From positions 17,570,283 to 17,634,282 of the forward strand of contig NC_068995.1 in the NCBI RefSeq assembly GCF_001194135.2: a DNA stretch of 64,000 nucleotides, given 5' to 3'. A model generated the notes under the pieces. That model was not told the origin of the DNA, made no database searches, and saw only the letters and a list, made by a program, of their open reading frames with translations. The position numbers and the translations under genes are program-made. This DNA comes from Octopus bimaculoides. Its lineage: Eukaryota. Each line of letters starts with the position of its first letter. Positions within the stretch are counted from its first letter, which is position 1. This document shows, piece after piece, positions 36,521 to 49,213 of the stretch.

Positions 36521-38547
36521 TCGACTTCCATTATACTTTAAGACACGTTGAACATAATCGGCTGAATCGTGGACAAAATCATTTATATATGTTACTTGCG
36601 TATATTGCGCTTTTGGATTCAACTGCTACAAAACTTAAAGCTACCTATCATCTCTGTAACGCCAGGAACTTGATAAGATTTGTTATATCATATCCTCAGT
36701 ATCACATTTTCATTCAAATGATAAAAATGAATGTTATTATTTAAAACAAACGGAATATATGATATATAATATAATATATAAATGATATTTTACATATGAC
36801 ATACAAGAAAGGAACGATTACTCCAAAGTGGTATTTAAAAATAAACTACATAATTCATATCTTACGTTACTGTAAACTATAGATATAATTTCAAAATTAC
36901 GTAATTCATTGTAAGAGGAGATAGATTTAAAAATTACAGTTAAGTAACTATTATGAATAATTAATATTATATAAATTCAATTCAATTATATAACATAAAT
37001 CTTTGTATTATGATTAAGCAGAAATTTCACTCCTTATAATGTTTCATTCAGAAGGACAAGAACGCTAATTTCTAATCATTTACCGTTACATGTTATTTTG
37101 TAGTCTCGTAATATTTAATCATTCTCATGTTTTATAAATTTTAATCATAATGTAGTTCACAAATTTCATTTAATTTTTTGGAAATTACATGTTTTCTTTC
37201 TATGAATTTGATTATGTAATCTTTTGATTTACTGGCAACAAACTCAACAAACATTCCCTATTAATAAATGTCTTGAAATAGAATAATTAAACATAATGAA
37301 ATGTAATTTTTTTCCTCTTTTCACCTCAAGTTTAGTCGTTACACAAACCTCTTTCTCGTTAGAAATAAACGAACGGTGCCTATCATTGTACTTGGGACTA
37401 GCATCTCGTCATGTTGAAGTCCAGAAGGCTCCTTCTTATAATTGTGATGCAAATGCGTTTGCTGACATTCATGATATGCACATACATACATACATACATA
37501 CAGACAGACATACAGGTTGCAATGCTTCAAGAAATTCACAGTTCACATTTTGCCATAATGAAGGTTTCATATATTTTAATGGGTTAAGTGAAATATTTCA
37601 CAAGCATATACATATATTGATGCTTTAGTATTTCTTACCACCTCTGTAGATAATGCTAAATATTAATTTCAATTTTACAACTTCTCAATCATATCATTCT
37701 CTCTCTCACTCCCTTTCAGTTTTATCTCTGTACCTCTTACATATTTATTCAGAAGCAACACCTACACAGAGACACACGCATGCACGCACAGAGACAAACG
37801 CTTACACACAGACACACATACACATGCATGTAGATATTTCCTGCTTCATTACTTTTTATTTATTACATGCTAATTTCATCTCTTCAATAAGCAAATTCTA
37901 CCCTTGTATACTTCAGTTACCATTTTGCAGTAGGTGAGGTTTATAACTTTAAGTTTATCACCTTTTCCTTTATCTGCCAATCTTTCTCTCTTGTGATGTA
38001 TCTTTTTTTATTGCACTCTCACATTCTACTAACTTATTTACACAGATATAGTCATATCCTATTATAATTCTTGAGGAACACCCAACTGCTGCTCTTATAT
38101 GTAATCAATATAATCTGGTGAAAACTCTTACAGACAAGACCTGTCAAACGTGTAGAGCTAAAAGCACATCAGGCGGTGGGGATGCTTAATAAAAGTGCAA
38201 TACTAATGGAATATCAGATTAAGATCAAGTTATAAATCTCAAACAAGATATAATCTTCTGACGCCTAGTGTTGAAGAATCCATAATTTCCAGAAGGTAAA
38301 ATTAAAACAAGATTTCTGGGGCAACTTATAGATTGCTTATGATAAGACGGTTCTTACGTTCATGAAAAAGTACATTAACATATAACGGCTATTGTAGTTA
38401 TAGATACACAGCCATATACGAACTAACAATATAGTGACAAACATATGTAATAATATGTACACGCAAAATACACACATATATCGCGCGCCTTCTCATTCAT
38501 GGAATCAAATGTACGTAGTATAAACACGTAATACATGTGTCACACGT

Positions 38548-39230
38548 ACTATGGTGTCATAAGTGCATCACTCAAGGAGAAGATTGAGAGATATGATAGG
38601 GGAGCGCACCCAAAAGTGGAAAAACACGGAAAAATATAGTTCCAGAAGGAGGGAAAAGGACATAAGGTCAGGCCTTCAAATAAAATATATGAGACAGACG
38701 AAAGATGGAAGGGATACTGGGAGCTGGCCGCGGATTTGGAAAGACTGTTAATATCTCTACTCATAAAAACTACAAAAAGACCAGACTTAATCCCATGGAA
38801 CTCAGAACGGAGAATTGGAATTTTGCTATAGTTGACTGTACCATGGGCAGAGAACATTGCTAAAGCAGAGCAACGGAAGGAGGGGAGGTATGAAACATTA
38901 ATCGAAGAGTGCAGAGAACAGGGATGGACTGTCGAGTATTACCACCTGACTGTGGGGGCTACAGGCTTCATTGAAAGGAAAATAACAACGTTATTTAAAA
39001 GAAGATTTGCATTTTCGAGCTCAGAGCTGAGAAAGGTAATAAGGAGGATACAGGAGGCAGTCGAAAAAAAAAAACAGCTTCTATATATGGCTGAAGCGGG
39101 AGACCCAAAATGACTAGAAAGCCATAACAAACCGACTGGGAAATAGCGTCGCTAGGTGAGGCTGGCTGACACTTAAGCAGCATCGCTGATTGACAGGTGG
39201 GCGGATATAAAATTCTCGGCTTACATGAAA
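38548..39230 (+). mobile_element. HERO-type (R2 superfamily) LINE 3' fragment with RLE domain
   Basis: YWELAADLERLLI..TTKRPDLIPWNSERRIGILL*LTVPWAENIAKAEQRKEGRYETLIEECREQGW..VGATGF..SFYIWLKRE. This carries the RPD..(E)LTVPWEEN..RKxxRY PD-(D/E)xK motif, with the Glu codon mutated to TAG. Confidence 0.85.
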
Positions 39231-39249
39231 ATTCATGGGTTTCTACTAC

Positions 39250-39438
39250 CACTTTTAACTAAATTTTCCGATCAGCCAATATCGTAAATTGATCTTTTTT
39301 TCCAAAAATGGGCAATTTCAGTACAGCAAAAACGGTAGCTAACCATGAAAAACTAAGGTCATTTTCGGAATCAGCACCATCAAATTAGCGAAAAAAACGT
39401 GTCTTGTTTCTTGGCACCAAAAATCGTGTTGACCTGTG
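39250..39438. mobile_element. DNA transposon terminus, possibly Chapaev3-like
   Basis: Ends in ...cgtgttgacctgtg|taa (reverse complement TTA|CACAG), fitting CACWG termini with a TWA target. Subterminal ttttcggaatcagcac..aaattag block. No matching other end was seen. Confidence 0.35.
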
Positions 39439-41745
39439 TAATATAACTACCAAACATTTCATTCCTAATGACAGTGTTTATGTAATTTACATTTTAAATT
39501 GTTGAAGAAGCTTGTGGGATTTTTTGTGTAACCTTATACATCTGTGAACAAAAACCTTCCAAAGATGCTTGATATTATAAGGTTTTACTTCTTTATATCA
39601 GAATGTAGTTTGTTCTTGCATGCAGAATGATTGCTACTTTCAGCAATTCTCGTGGCATTGTATTACCACGTATCAGAGGATTTTGAATTCAACAATGTAA
39701 TTAGATAATGAAGTATGGTTATGTAATACAATATGGAAAGAGTGCACAAAAATAATAGACATGAAAGTAATCAGATTTTACTCCCCTTATGATATTCGAC
39801 TGTGCATATGTTTCAAATGTCTCTCGCATTGCTGCATTTAACAATCATAAAAATCTTTTTTGCTAAAGTATTACCGCTAATGCATCAGTGATAAATCTAC
39901 GCACTGCCAGGACGACTAATCTGTTTAAAATTCGAGGCATTCACCTTTGACACATTTTCAAAGCCCAAACAGACACAAAGACGTTACTTTGCCATCCTGT
40001 TATACGAATGGACTAGAGTTGATAATTTGGGGGAGAGACTTCTCAGAATGATCAATACAGCAAATGAAATACAAGGAATGAACAGCAAAATATACTAACA
40101 AAATGCATGCAATGGAGGATGAATATTTAAAATTGTTGTGTCGACTAGATTTATTTCAGACACTAGATTGCTGTTAATGCAAAGTAAAATTTTCTTTGAA
40201 GTGTAATTCATTTCATGATCTGTTGTGTAATCGATTCCGGCCCAGATTTTATTTATCTTTGTAGAAACAAAAAAACTTTACAGTAAAATTGGTAGATATC
40301 AAAGAGTAATGTAAAACACTCAAAGATTGAGATTTTGATTCGGAGTTTTGTGTTAACAATCGTTTGTTCTGAAGTTGTGTAATATTAGTAATATATAATC
40401 AATATTTTGTAATGTATTTTATCTACTGAGAAATTATTTTACGTTATCATATCTAAATCCGATGTACCAGTATCATTAGCATTAATTAGCTTTGATGGAT
40501 TTCTGTTTTAAGAATAATTGTTAATGAATTAAATCGATAAGTGTTTGTTAATCTGTCCGAACAGTAATATAAAATTTACGTTCTATATCCATATTATTAC
40601 ATCTAGACTCCCTTAGAAGTAATTTATTGAAGCCACAACAATTCATCTGTGATTATTGTATTAATATTGTTCGGTAAAATTGATCAATTAAATAACTGTG
40701 AAAATCTCTTTTATAGCCGTCTAAAAATTATGGAATATCAAATAAAAGTAGTTGTGTTGCTTTGTGTTTTCATTAATGCAACAACAACATGCGGATAACA
40801 GGATGCACATATTTGTTTCTAATTATGAAGATATGTTCTATGGTTAATGGGGAAGACAGCAGAAAAGCTTACTTTTAGGGTAATTCTGTTTAATTTCGCA
40901 GCTGTTTTCAAAAACGATTCTCGCTGTATAAACTTGTTATAATCGGGCGATAAAGTACGAAGATTTTATCTAGATACTACACAAAAGAAATGAAAACAAA
41001 ACAAACACATCTTTATTGTTCTTACTAAATGAGGAAATTAATTATATTTGTGATAGAGATACAATGCAATTTCGGGCTATATTTTGAACACTCAAATAAG
41101 TAACACAACATATGCTGTAAAATATTTCCAGTAATTTCTCTTCTCAATAATAATATATAGAATAAGACGAATCGTGCGATGTGTTTCAAATAAGGGGGAT
41201 TAAATTATAAGAAGTTAAAATCGTTTAGCACTTCCTTTTTTCATACGCGTTTCTTTTCACTTTCCTATGTATTCTGTCTCGTAGTCTTCCTTATTTTTTA
41301 CAATGTTGCATAGCGTACGTGATACGATATTCTAATTTATGAATGTAGTTCATATTGCTTAGTTTATGTTCTTCCACAAGAAATAGTATTTGAAAACAGG
41401 ACCTCTAAAGTGAGATCAATCATCTACTGATAATATATTAGTTTAGATGTAACCTGATGTATTGTAGATACACCAACTGCCAGTAATTTGTATAGTGTCA
41501 CAAGATTCTTGGAAGATGGTTTTATTATGTCAACATGCCAATCTAAAATATTCATATGGAATACGATTGAATCACATAACCAAATCGGCGATTTTAACTG
41601 TAGGTGGAATTAAGTAAATAGCATGAATTCAACTATTCATCACACACTCATGCACACACACACACACACGCAGACACACACATATACGCACACATGCATG
41701 AATGCACATTCACATATATGTGTGTGTGTACGTAGAAACTTATAT

Positions 41746-41810
<65 letters not shown>

Positions 41811-43308
41811 CATACATGCAATAAGGGTAGAAATGAATATTATTAATAATATTAACTACTACCCCTATTATTTATTTTTAAATATCTGTGTTTTTTAGTC
41901 AATTGATTAACTGCTGAAGTTTATTCTATGCAGTTATTTTCTGACTTGGCGTGCTAGTATGAGGACATTTGAATCGAGGCTTCGATACGTAATAGTGGAA
42001 CTCTATACACGTGTATCTTCTCACGGAGATGGGTGGTGTTTACTTCCATTGTTATGTTTCAGCGCAGATGTCACCGAGGAGCCACAGGCAATAATTAAAT
42101 TGTTTATGCTGAAACTTTAAGGTACGGAATTATGTGTTTATTTTTCTTCATCTGTCTAGCTCGTAAGCATCTAGTGTCCTCCTAATCTGAGAACACATTT
42201 TTCATTCCAATATGCAAATAAAGCTCTTATTCCATTATGCTAGCCACAGTCTAATAATGCTGGCTGGTGAAACTCTTTTGTGTTTCCGTCGAGCTGTACC
42301 GATAGAATGTAGGATAAATACAGTAATAATAGCAATAATACTTGAATTTAATTTATAGATATATAATGTATCGATACGTGCGTTTCCCTCAGTCACAAAT
42401 CTCTTAAGATCACAGACTGTATTCCTGGGATGATTACAGTGTAGTCCGTAGTGTCCGTATGCATGAACTACGTGATCTACATGACCTACCTAATACGCAG
42501 GAATACTACGGACTGCTAGCATCACAGGAATGCGGACTGATATATTGGACGTAAATGTAAACCTATTTCTAATAGATAAATATAGTAATACCTCGACTAT
42601 CGCGGGTGTTACGTTCCCAAAATCTCCGCAATATGTGAAAATCCGTGAAGTAAAAACAGTACTGTACCCGATATATATTTTTAATCACTTTTATACTTTC
42701 TACATATTTATTTTATTATAAATGCAAAACAACACCACCGCGGGATAGACGTATGCTTAAATAATAAATCGCGATAGTTAATACTGGGCTTAGTAAATTC
42801 ATTTGGTCTCTGAAGGAACTTAATAAACAATTTGATTTGGAATCAAATATTCTATCTAGGTACTTTCCATATGATACAGGTAAATCTTCTTGTCTCCTCT
42901 GTAACTAAGAAGTCTATATCATCCTGTTTTCAGAGAATTCTCTTGTAAACACGTTACAAGAACGTGTTTATCGTTACAAACATTGGCAAAAACATACCAG
43001 TACTTCCTATAATTTCTACTATTCTACAACATTCGACCTTTAGCTGTCTTCTTACATTTCATTGCTACTAAATATATCTATTTCCACGTTTTTAGCTTTA
43101 TTCCCATTTATCTATCGCACTAGATTTCTCCACTCTTGGGTTTCTGCTAATTTCTTTCTTTCTCCTCCTTCTCTTTCTCGAAATTTCGTTTCACGTTAAA
43201 TCTATTAACGATTTTTTTAAAGAAATAAGTTGCCAGTGTTCAATTCATCGTATACGCAGTCATCACATCTGGCTAAAATGGTTTATTGATGTGTTTTGTT
43301 TCTCTTTT

Positions 43309-43396
43309 TTTCCCTGATGAGAAGGTTGCATTGTTTTACATCACTTTATTCCCTCTGGAATAATAGCAATGTTTTCTTCGAAACTCATGTCGGAAA
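43309..43396 (+). ncRNA. Type I hammerhead ribozyme, canonical core
   Basis: UUUCC CUGAUGA GAAG-[51 nt incl. UAUUCC-cucu-GGAAUA hairpin]-CUUC GAA AC-ucau-GU C GGAAA. Helix I is 5 bp, helix II is closed by G-C, and the cleavage triplet is GUC (C43391). Confidence 0.75.
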
Positions 43397-43696
43397 CATA
43401 AAGATTTGAATAACACATGCTTTTAACTCCTTATCTCTATCTATCTGTTATACAAACCATTTCACTAAACCCTGTAATTTCTACCTTTATAAGTAGGTTG
43501 TAACATCATTAGTACTTATGTGAATCTTTTGGTACCTTGGTAACTATTTATTTTTTTTCCGTGTTATTTGTACTCATTAAATATACACACACACACATAT
43601 ACATACATACACACACACACATAAATATATATATATGTATATATATATATAAATTTAAAGAATGGAGTAAACGCATATTATAACTGCATACTTTTA

Positions 43697-43780
43697 TTCC
43701 GACATATGTTTCGAAGAATTACAATTTATGCGACCCACAGGAATCGGCGATGTTAAAAATGTAAACTTCTCCTCAGGGAA
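43697..43780 (-). ncRNA. Type I hammerhead ribozyme, canonical core (homologue of 43309-43396)
   Basis: Minus strand: UUCC CUGAGGA GAAG u UUACA...UGUAA uu CUUC GAA ACAUAUGU C GGAA. Helix III is palindromic and the triplet is GUC (C at + position 43701). Confidence 0.75.
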
Positions 43781-43904
43781 ATGTATGGGAACCAGCTTAA
43801 ATGTAAGACATTATAACCGAGTATGAGAACTATAGTTGGATAAGGTTATAACGTAATTCATTTGAATACATCCGTCGGGCATCCTCAATTTCCGTCTAAC
43901 AAAT

Positions 43905-43975
43905 TCACTCACATGCCTTTAGTCCCGAAGCTATAGTAGAAGGCACCCAATGTGTTATGCACCAGGACGAAACTT
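43905..43975 (-). mobile_element. CORE-SINE fragment
   Basis: cccgaagctatagtagaaggcacccaatgtg resembles the 15675-family core (tatagtagaagacacttgcccaaggtg). Confidence 0.5.
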
Positions 43976-43992
43976 CTCACCACACAGTTATG

Positions 43993-44025
<33 letters not shown>

Positions 44026-45624
44026 CTTATTTCCAAATCGAGCATGTCTTTGTACCATGCACCATCTCATAGCCCCTTGATTCACCTGTGTAATTCTAAG
44101 GCGCTTATACCGACATGTATACTGTCGCCTTCGTAAGTGATTTGGCATTGACTTTGTATTGTATGCATTGCTATGATTTGAATACAAAATGCAGAGAGCT
44201 GGAAAAGTCATATCACCGTATCCCTCCTGATGTTTTAATGATATGCTTAATCGATCACATTGACATACATTGTTACACAAGTAAAAACACAGATATTAAG
44301 AAGAACAATGCAAGAAAGAGAGAGGGGAAAGAAGGAAAGAAAGGCAGAGTGAATGGGGAAGAAGAAACAGATAGGCAAATATTTTCCAAAATGCACCATA
44401 ATCCTTTTACAAATTTCTGTCTACAAGTGAGCCGATAATATTTGTATAAGCATATAAATGTTAATGTAAATGTATAAGCATATAAATGCGATATCGGAAG
44501 AAATGCGAAAGAAAATTCATGGATATTACATGCCCAAAAATAAGCCGGCGTTTCAATCCCTGTTCTTTTATCTCCAAGTGAGGAGATGATATATTTATAG
44601 ATTTCGCCCGCTTTGTTCTAGTTATGATATTGTAATTTGGACTTAAACCAAAAGAAAGGGAAAAATACGGATTATTTGTACTGTCACATAAAAATAGCTT
44701 CATCTAAATAAGCTTCCTGGAAAGCCCTTATCTTATTGACAAATAAAGACAACAAATTTAATGTAGGGGCTATATATTTTACAAAATAAAGTATATTTAA
44801 CCACACAGACTACGTGATTGAGCAAGTATATGCGAGAACTTCTTAGATGTTTAGAGCTTAGTAAGAGCAGGGCATAATAGTGTGGTGGGTGAGTGAAGAC
44901 TGTGTTTGAATATAAGCAGATGTCAGATATGAATATGTGACAGCTTTAATTCAAAGAAAGCGTTTCGCTTATTTATACTAGCTTATTTCCCTTATTTATA
45001 CCAGTAGAGTCAAACCGAAATCAAATTGATATTCACAATAAATAAATGAATAAGTAAAGAGAAAAATCACTGGGTGATAGGAATATCTGCTATAGTATAA
45101 TAACACAATCACGAAGTGTAACTGATAATTGCCCGGGTTATGGAAGGGACAGCAATGATTGTTCTTTACATGCTGCAGTGAACCATTAAAAAGTATTCGT
45201 AAAAGGGTTAGCCAACTTACCATTTTCTTTCTTCACATTTGATGCGGTAGGTGACACTTAATATTGCTCATTTCTATAAAACTCATCATTCACCGTAGCA
45301 TTATAAAACTGTATTCAAATACATATTCATTCACGTATATGGGCATATGCATATGCTGTGTTTAAATAAAATCAAAAATATTTTTCTCTCGTCACCTTTT
45401 CTTTTCTTTTGGTCTTATTCATTTATATAGACAACCATTCTTTGTATATTTTCAACATACACCGGGTGAATCTTTTTAATTCGTTCTTTGAATATTACCT
45501 TCTTTTTCTCTTTGAATCTTGACTTTTCTACTTTAAATATATTCCATATTTGCCTTAAACATTTTTTTATTATGATTATATTCATATTTTTAAAGATAAA
45601 ATATTTTATTTTGAACAAAAACAA

Positions 45625-45637
45625 AATAATAATAATG

Positions 45638-45735
<98 letters not shown>

Positions 45736-45789
45736 AAGAAGAAGAAGAAGAAGAAGAAGAAGAAGAAGAAGAAGAAGAAGAAGAAGAAG
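45625..45789. repeat. Compound (TAA)n-(GAA)n microsatellite
   Basis: Seen directly. Switch at about 45708. Confidence 0.95.
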
Positions 45790-46694
45790 GAATAAAAGTA
45801 CAGAAGAAGCATTAAAATATGCACTCCAAAAAAATGGAAATTTCAGCAAATTTATTTTTTAAAAAGGTGAAAATACATAGTGGAAATGTGTGCAATTCTA
45901 TTTGTGTTCAATAATTCTAGAGTGAACATTAATCTTGTATATTAAGCTGACGGCATAAAGGTCGTAATAAGCTTATGTAATTCCTTTTATTTTCTTCTTT
46001 CATAATATATCGATATAAATATTTAATGCTTTAAAATAGTTACTGTTTATTTTCAACTGACTGCGTGTTATTAAATTTGAATATATGCGAAAGTTATTGG
46101 ATATTTTCAAAAAAACATACGCACATTTATCGCATTAATATGTATATGTGTGAGTGTGCGTACTTCTGCGTATGTTCTATAAGTATATATATACATACGC
46201 AAATACCTACACATAAACGCATACGCATGCATTCACACATATATTTACACACACACAAACACGCACATATATGTATATATACGTATATAATAGCATATGT
46301 GTGTATGTGTAAGCAATTCATTTATCACACTCAATTTTTCAATTCTAAATCGCCAAATTTTTAATTTCTCAGAGGTATTTATAAAGGATTGTTATCGATA
46401 CCTATACATACATACATACATACATACATACATACATTCATACATACATACATTCATACATACATACATACATGCATACATACATACATACATACATTCA
46501 TACAGATTCATACACACATATTAATACATATAGATACATCGATGAATAGATACAGATAGATAGCTACACACACATGCATATACATATATAAAGATACATA
46601 TTTATACATATATACACACACATATATATATGTATACATTCATATACAGAGTATATATCTATAATGCATGATGTTATCGCGTATAGTAAATACA

Positions 46695-46750
<56 letters not shown>

Positions 46751-46765
46751 CAAACATATATACAT

Positions 46766-46797
<32 letters not shown>

Positions 46798-47188
46798 CTA
46801 TGCGTGTACGCACACACATATACACACATGTATATGTAATTCATAAATACTTGTTGCAATAATGCTATGTTAATTATGAATTATATAGAAATAATTCTTT
46901 TCAAAGTAAACTTGAAAGCTTTATTAAATTGGAATATATACTCTCAGGTATTTTCAAATTGTTCACTTATATTCTAATATTTCATCAAAACCTTATAGTA
47001 CCATGTGTGCATTTACGGTAATTGTTGACCTACTCAACTAACTGGGTTTCCTGTACGAATACATCCGTCTATTTTGTGATGTGCTTTACGTAAATACGTA
47101 AATAAACAAATTAAGTCTGGATCAGCTTATTATTATTCCTATTATTCTCATTTCTATAATAAAAGTAATAATAATAATAATAATAATA

Positions 47189-47239
47189 ATACAGAAAATT
47201 GCACTCCTGGGTATTGCACACATTCTACGCAAAACACTT
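47189..47239 (+). mobile_element. 51-bp R4/Dong-type LINE C-terminal remnant inside a (TAA)n tract
   Basis: Translates IQKIALLGIAHILRKTL, matching the R4/Dong terminal motif QKxxLLGTAxILRxxL. (TAA)n on both sides. Confidence 0.65.
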
Positions 47240-47706
47240 ATAATAATAATATTTTTTTTAGTATTATTATCATGATTTTTCCTTTTATTATTATTTTTGT
47301 ATATAGAGCAATAGAAAGCTACGATTCTATACAAGCATATTTATGTATGCATTTGTGTGTGTTTATATATGTATGTGTGTATGCATATTTACACGCTCAC
47401 ATAAACACATATCCGCACATATGTATGTATATATGTATGTAAGCATTTGTACGTTTTCTGTGTGCTGTTCGCATTATAGTGTAAGTTATATTTCAAACAG
47501 ATTCCGTTGTGTATTCACTAGCAATATAAAGTACATACTAAACTCGCAGTAGCAATTTTTAAGAACTGTAGTACCGACATAGGGTACTTTCCACATATTT
47601 TACAGCGTAGAGGAAAACAGAAAAGCATAAAACACAGAGGAATGCATATATTGTGTATATGTAAATTAAAATAATTCTGATGTAATATGGTAATGTGCTA
47701 TATATG

Positions 47707-47750
<44 letters not shown>

Positions 47751-47804
47751 TATTTGTATGTATGTATGATATGCATGTACATACTCACACATAACACACA
47801 CATC

Positions 47805-47900
47805 TGTGTGTGTGTCTTTATGTTCGTGTTTGACCCCACCACTATTTACGTCCTCTTACATTAGCCGTTCGCCTAAAGTGAGCGATAGAACAAGTACATA
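47805..47900 (+). mobile_element. Internal fragment of the CORE-type SINE
   Basis: tttacgtcctcttacattagccgttcgcctaaagtgagcgatagaacaagtac is homologous to the reverse complement of the 15750-15810 region. Confidence 0.55.
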
Positions 47901-48711
47901 ACAAGTACATGACACTATGCCTTATTTGCGTCTGCTAAATTTTAAAGCACTCATATCGTATCAAGAATTAAAACAATAGTCTTAATTTGGATAAGATTAT
48001 TTTCTTCCTTGTCATTACTTTTCCTGCTTTATGCTTGAATTAACTTTAAATATTGATTCTGCTACATATTTTAAATAGAATCGTATAATTGCCTGTCTGG
48101 GAAACTATTCTTCTAGAGCTATACCTTTACTTCAGTTACGTGTGAGAAATGAGGAAAATAGAAAATCGGGCGAACTATATATGGTAAAAGAAATTCGTGC
48201 AGCCCGACTTCCATTGCCGCTGTCTACAAGATACTATTATGTTCAAGCACTTACATTCTAAACATCATAATTATAAGTATTTCATCCTTTATATCAAACA
48301 TACAGCTGCGAGAAACCAGTTCATTTGATGAACTTTCGCTCGTGTGAAGTCGAAAGATGTCGGACAATTGAGGATTGCTACAATTTCTAGCAGGAGGCTT
48401 TGCCACTTAGAAGCGTCTCATTCTATTTATTGTTTAACAGAGACACATGTTTAAACTCTTCGCATTGCAAATTTTCATAATTTTATTTCGATGCAAATAC
48501 CCACGCATCATCGTAGCATTGTTTACCAAATAACTGACTTTCTAATAAACATCTAGACAAAGGATTGAAGATAAAAGACTACGATTTAGATAACATATAT
48601 AAGCAATAAGCAAACCACCTCGTTTTTTTCCCTTTTCTTACCACCACCACCAAAACCCATTAATTGTTGGTACCTCTCCTTTTCTCACTTTTGTTGTGAC
48701 ACAATCACAGT

Positions 48712-48883
48712 TTTTATTGATTTCAAATATTGGCAAAAAACCGGCAAGTTCGGCGGATTTCATCGGCCCCAGTGCTCCATATGATAGTTATTTTATTGAC
48801 CGTGAAAGGGTGAAAAGCAAAGTAAACATTGGCAGAATTTGAACTCTGGAGGTTAAGGCGTGACAACGATTCTGCCAGCTTGC
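48712..48883 (-). mobile_element. tRNA-derived SINE, third family (gttcaaattc..gaggtcgactttgc type)
   Basis: + strand tgaaaagcaaagtaaacattggcagaatttgaactc..acgattctgccagc. Homologous to 57360-57505. Confidence 0.65.
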
Positions 48884-49168
48884 TGCATTTGTGTCGAATC
48901 CTATATTATTTTACTAACGGAGCATAGCATTCGAACACGTTATATCCGAATAATATATAGATGATGCAATGAATTCATCAAAATAATGAAGCGCTAATAT
49001 TCTAGCATACTAATGACTTCGAGTAAAAATACACGTGTTACAAGCTAAATTTAACAATTCTAGGCATCCATTTGCATACATATGTACATAATTACATACA
49101 TACATACATACATACTTACACTTACACACACACACGCACGCACGCACACACACACACGCACACACACG

Positions 49169-49213
<45 letters not shown>

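Noticed and set aside
42946-42970. 10-bp perfect hairpin taaacacgtt/aacgtgttta
   Set aside because: No CTRR end or other context. Isolated palindromes of this size are expected occasionally.
45217-45275. Minus-strand ATG|GTAAGT donor (possible first coding exon)
   Set aside because: No promoter evidence and no demonstrable downstream exon.
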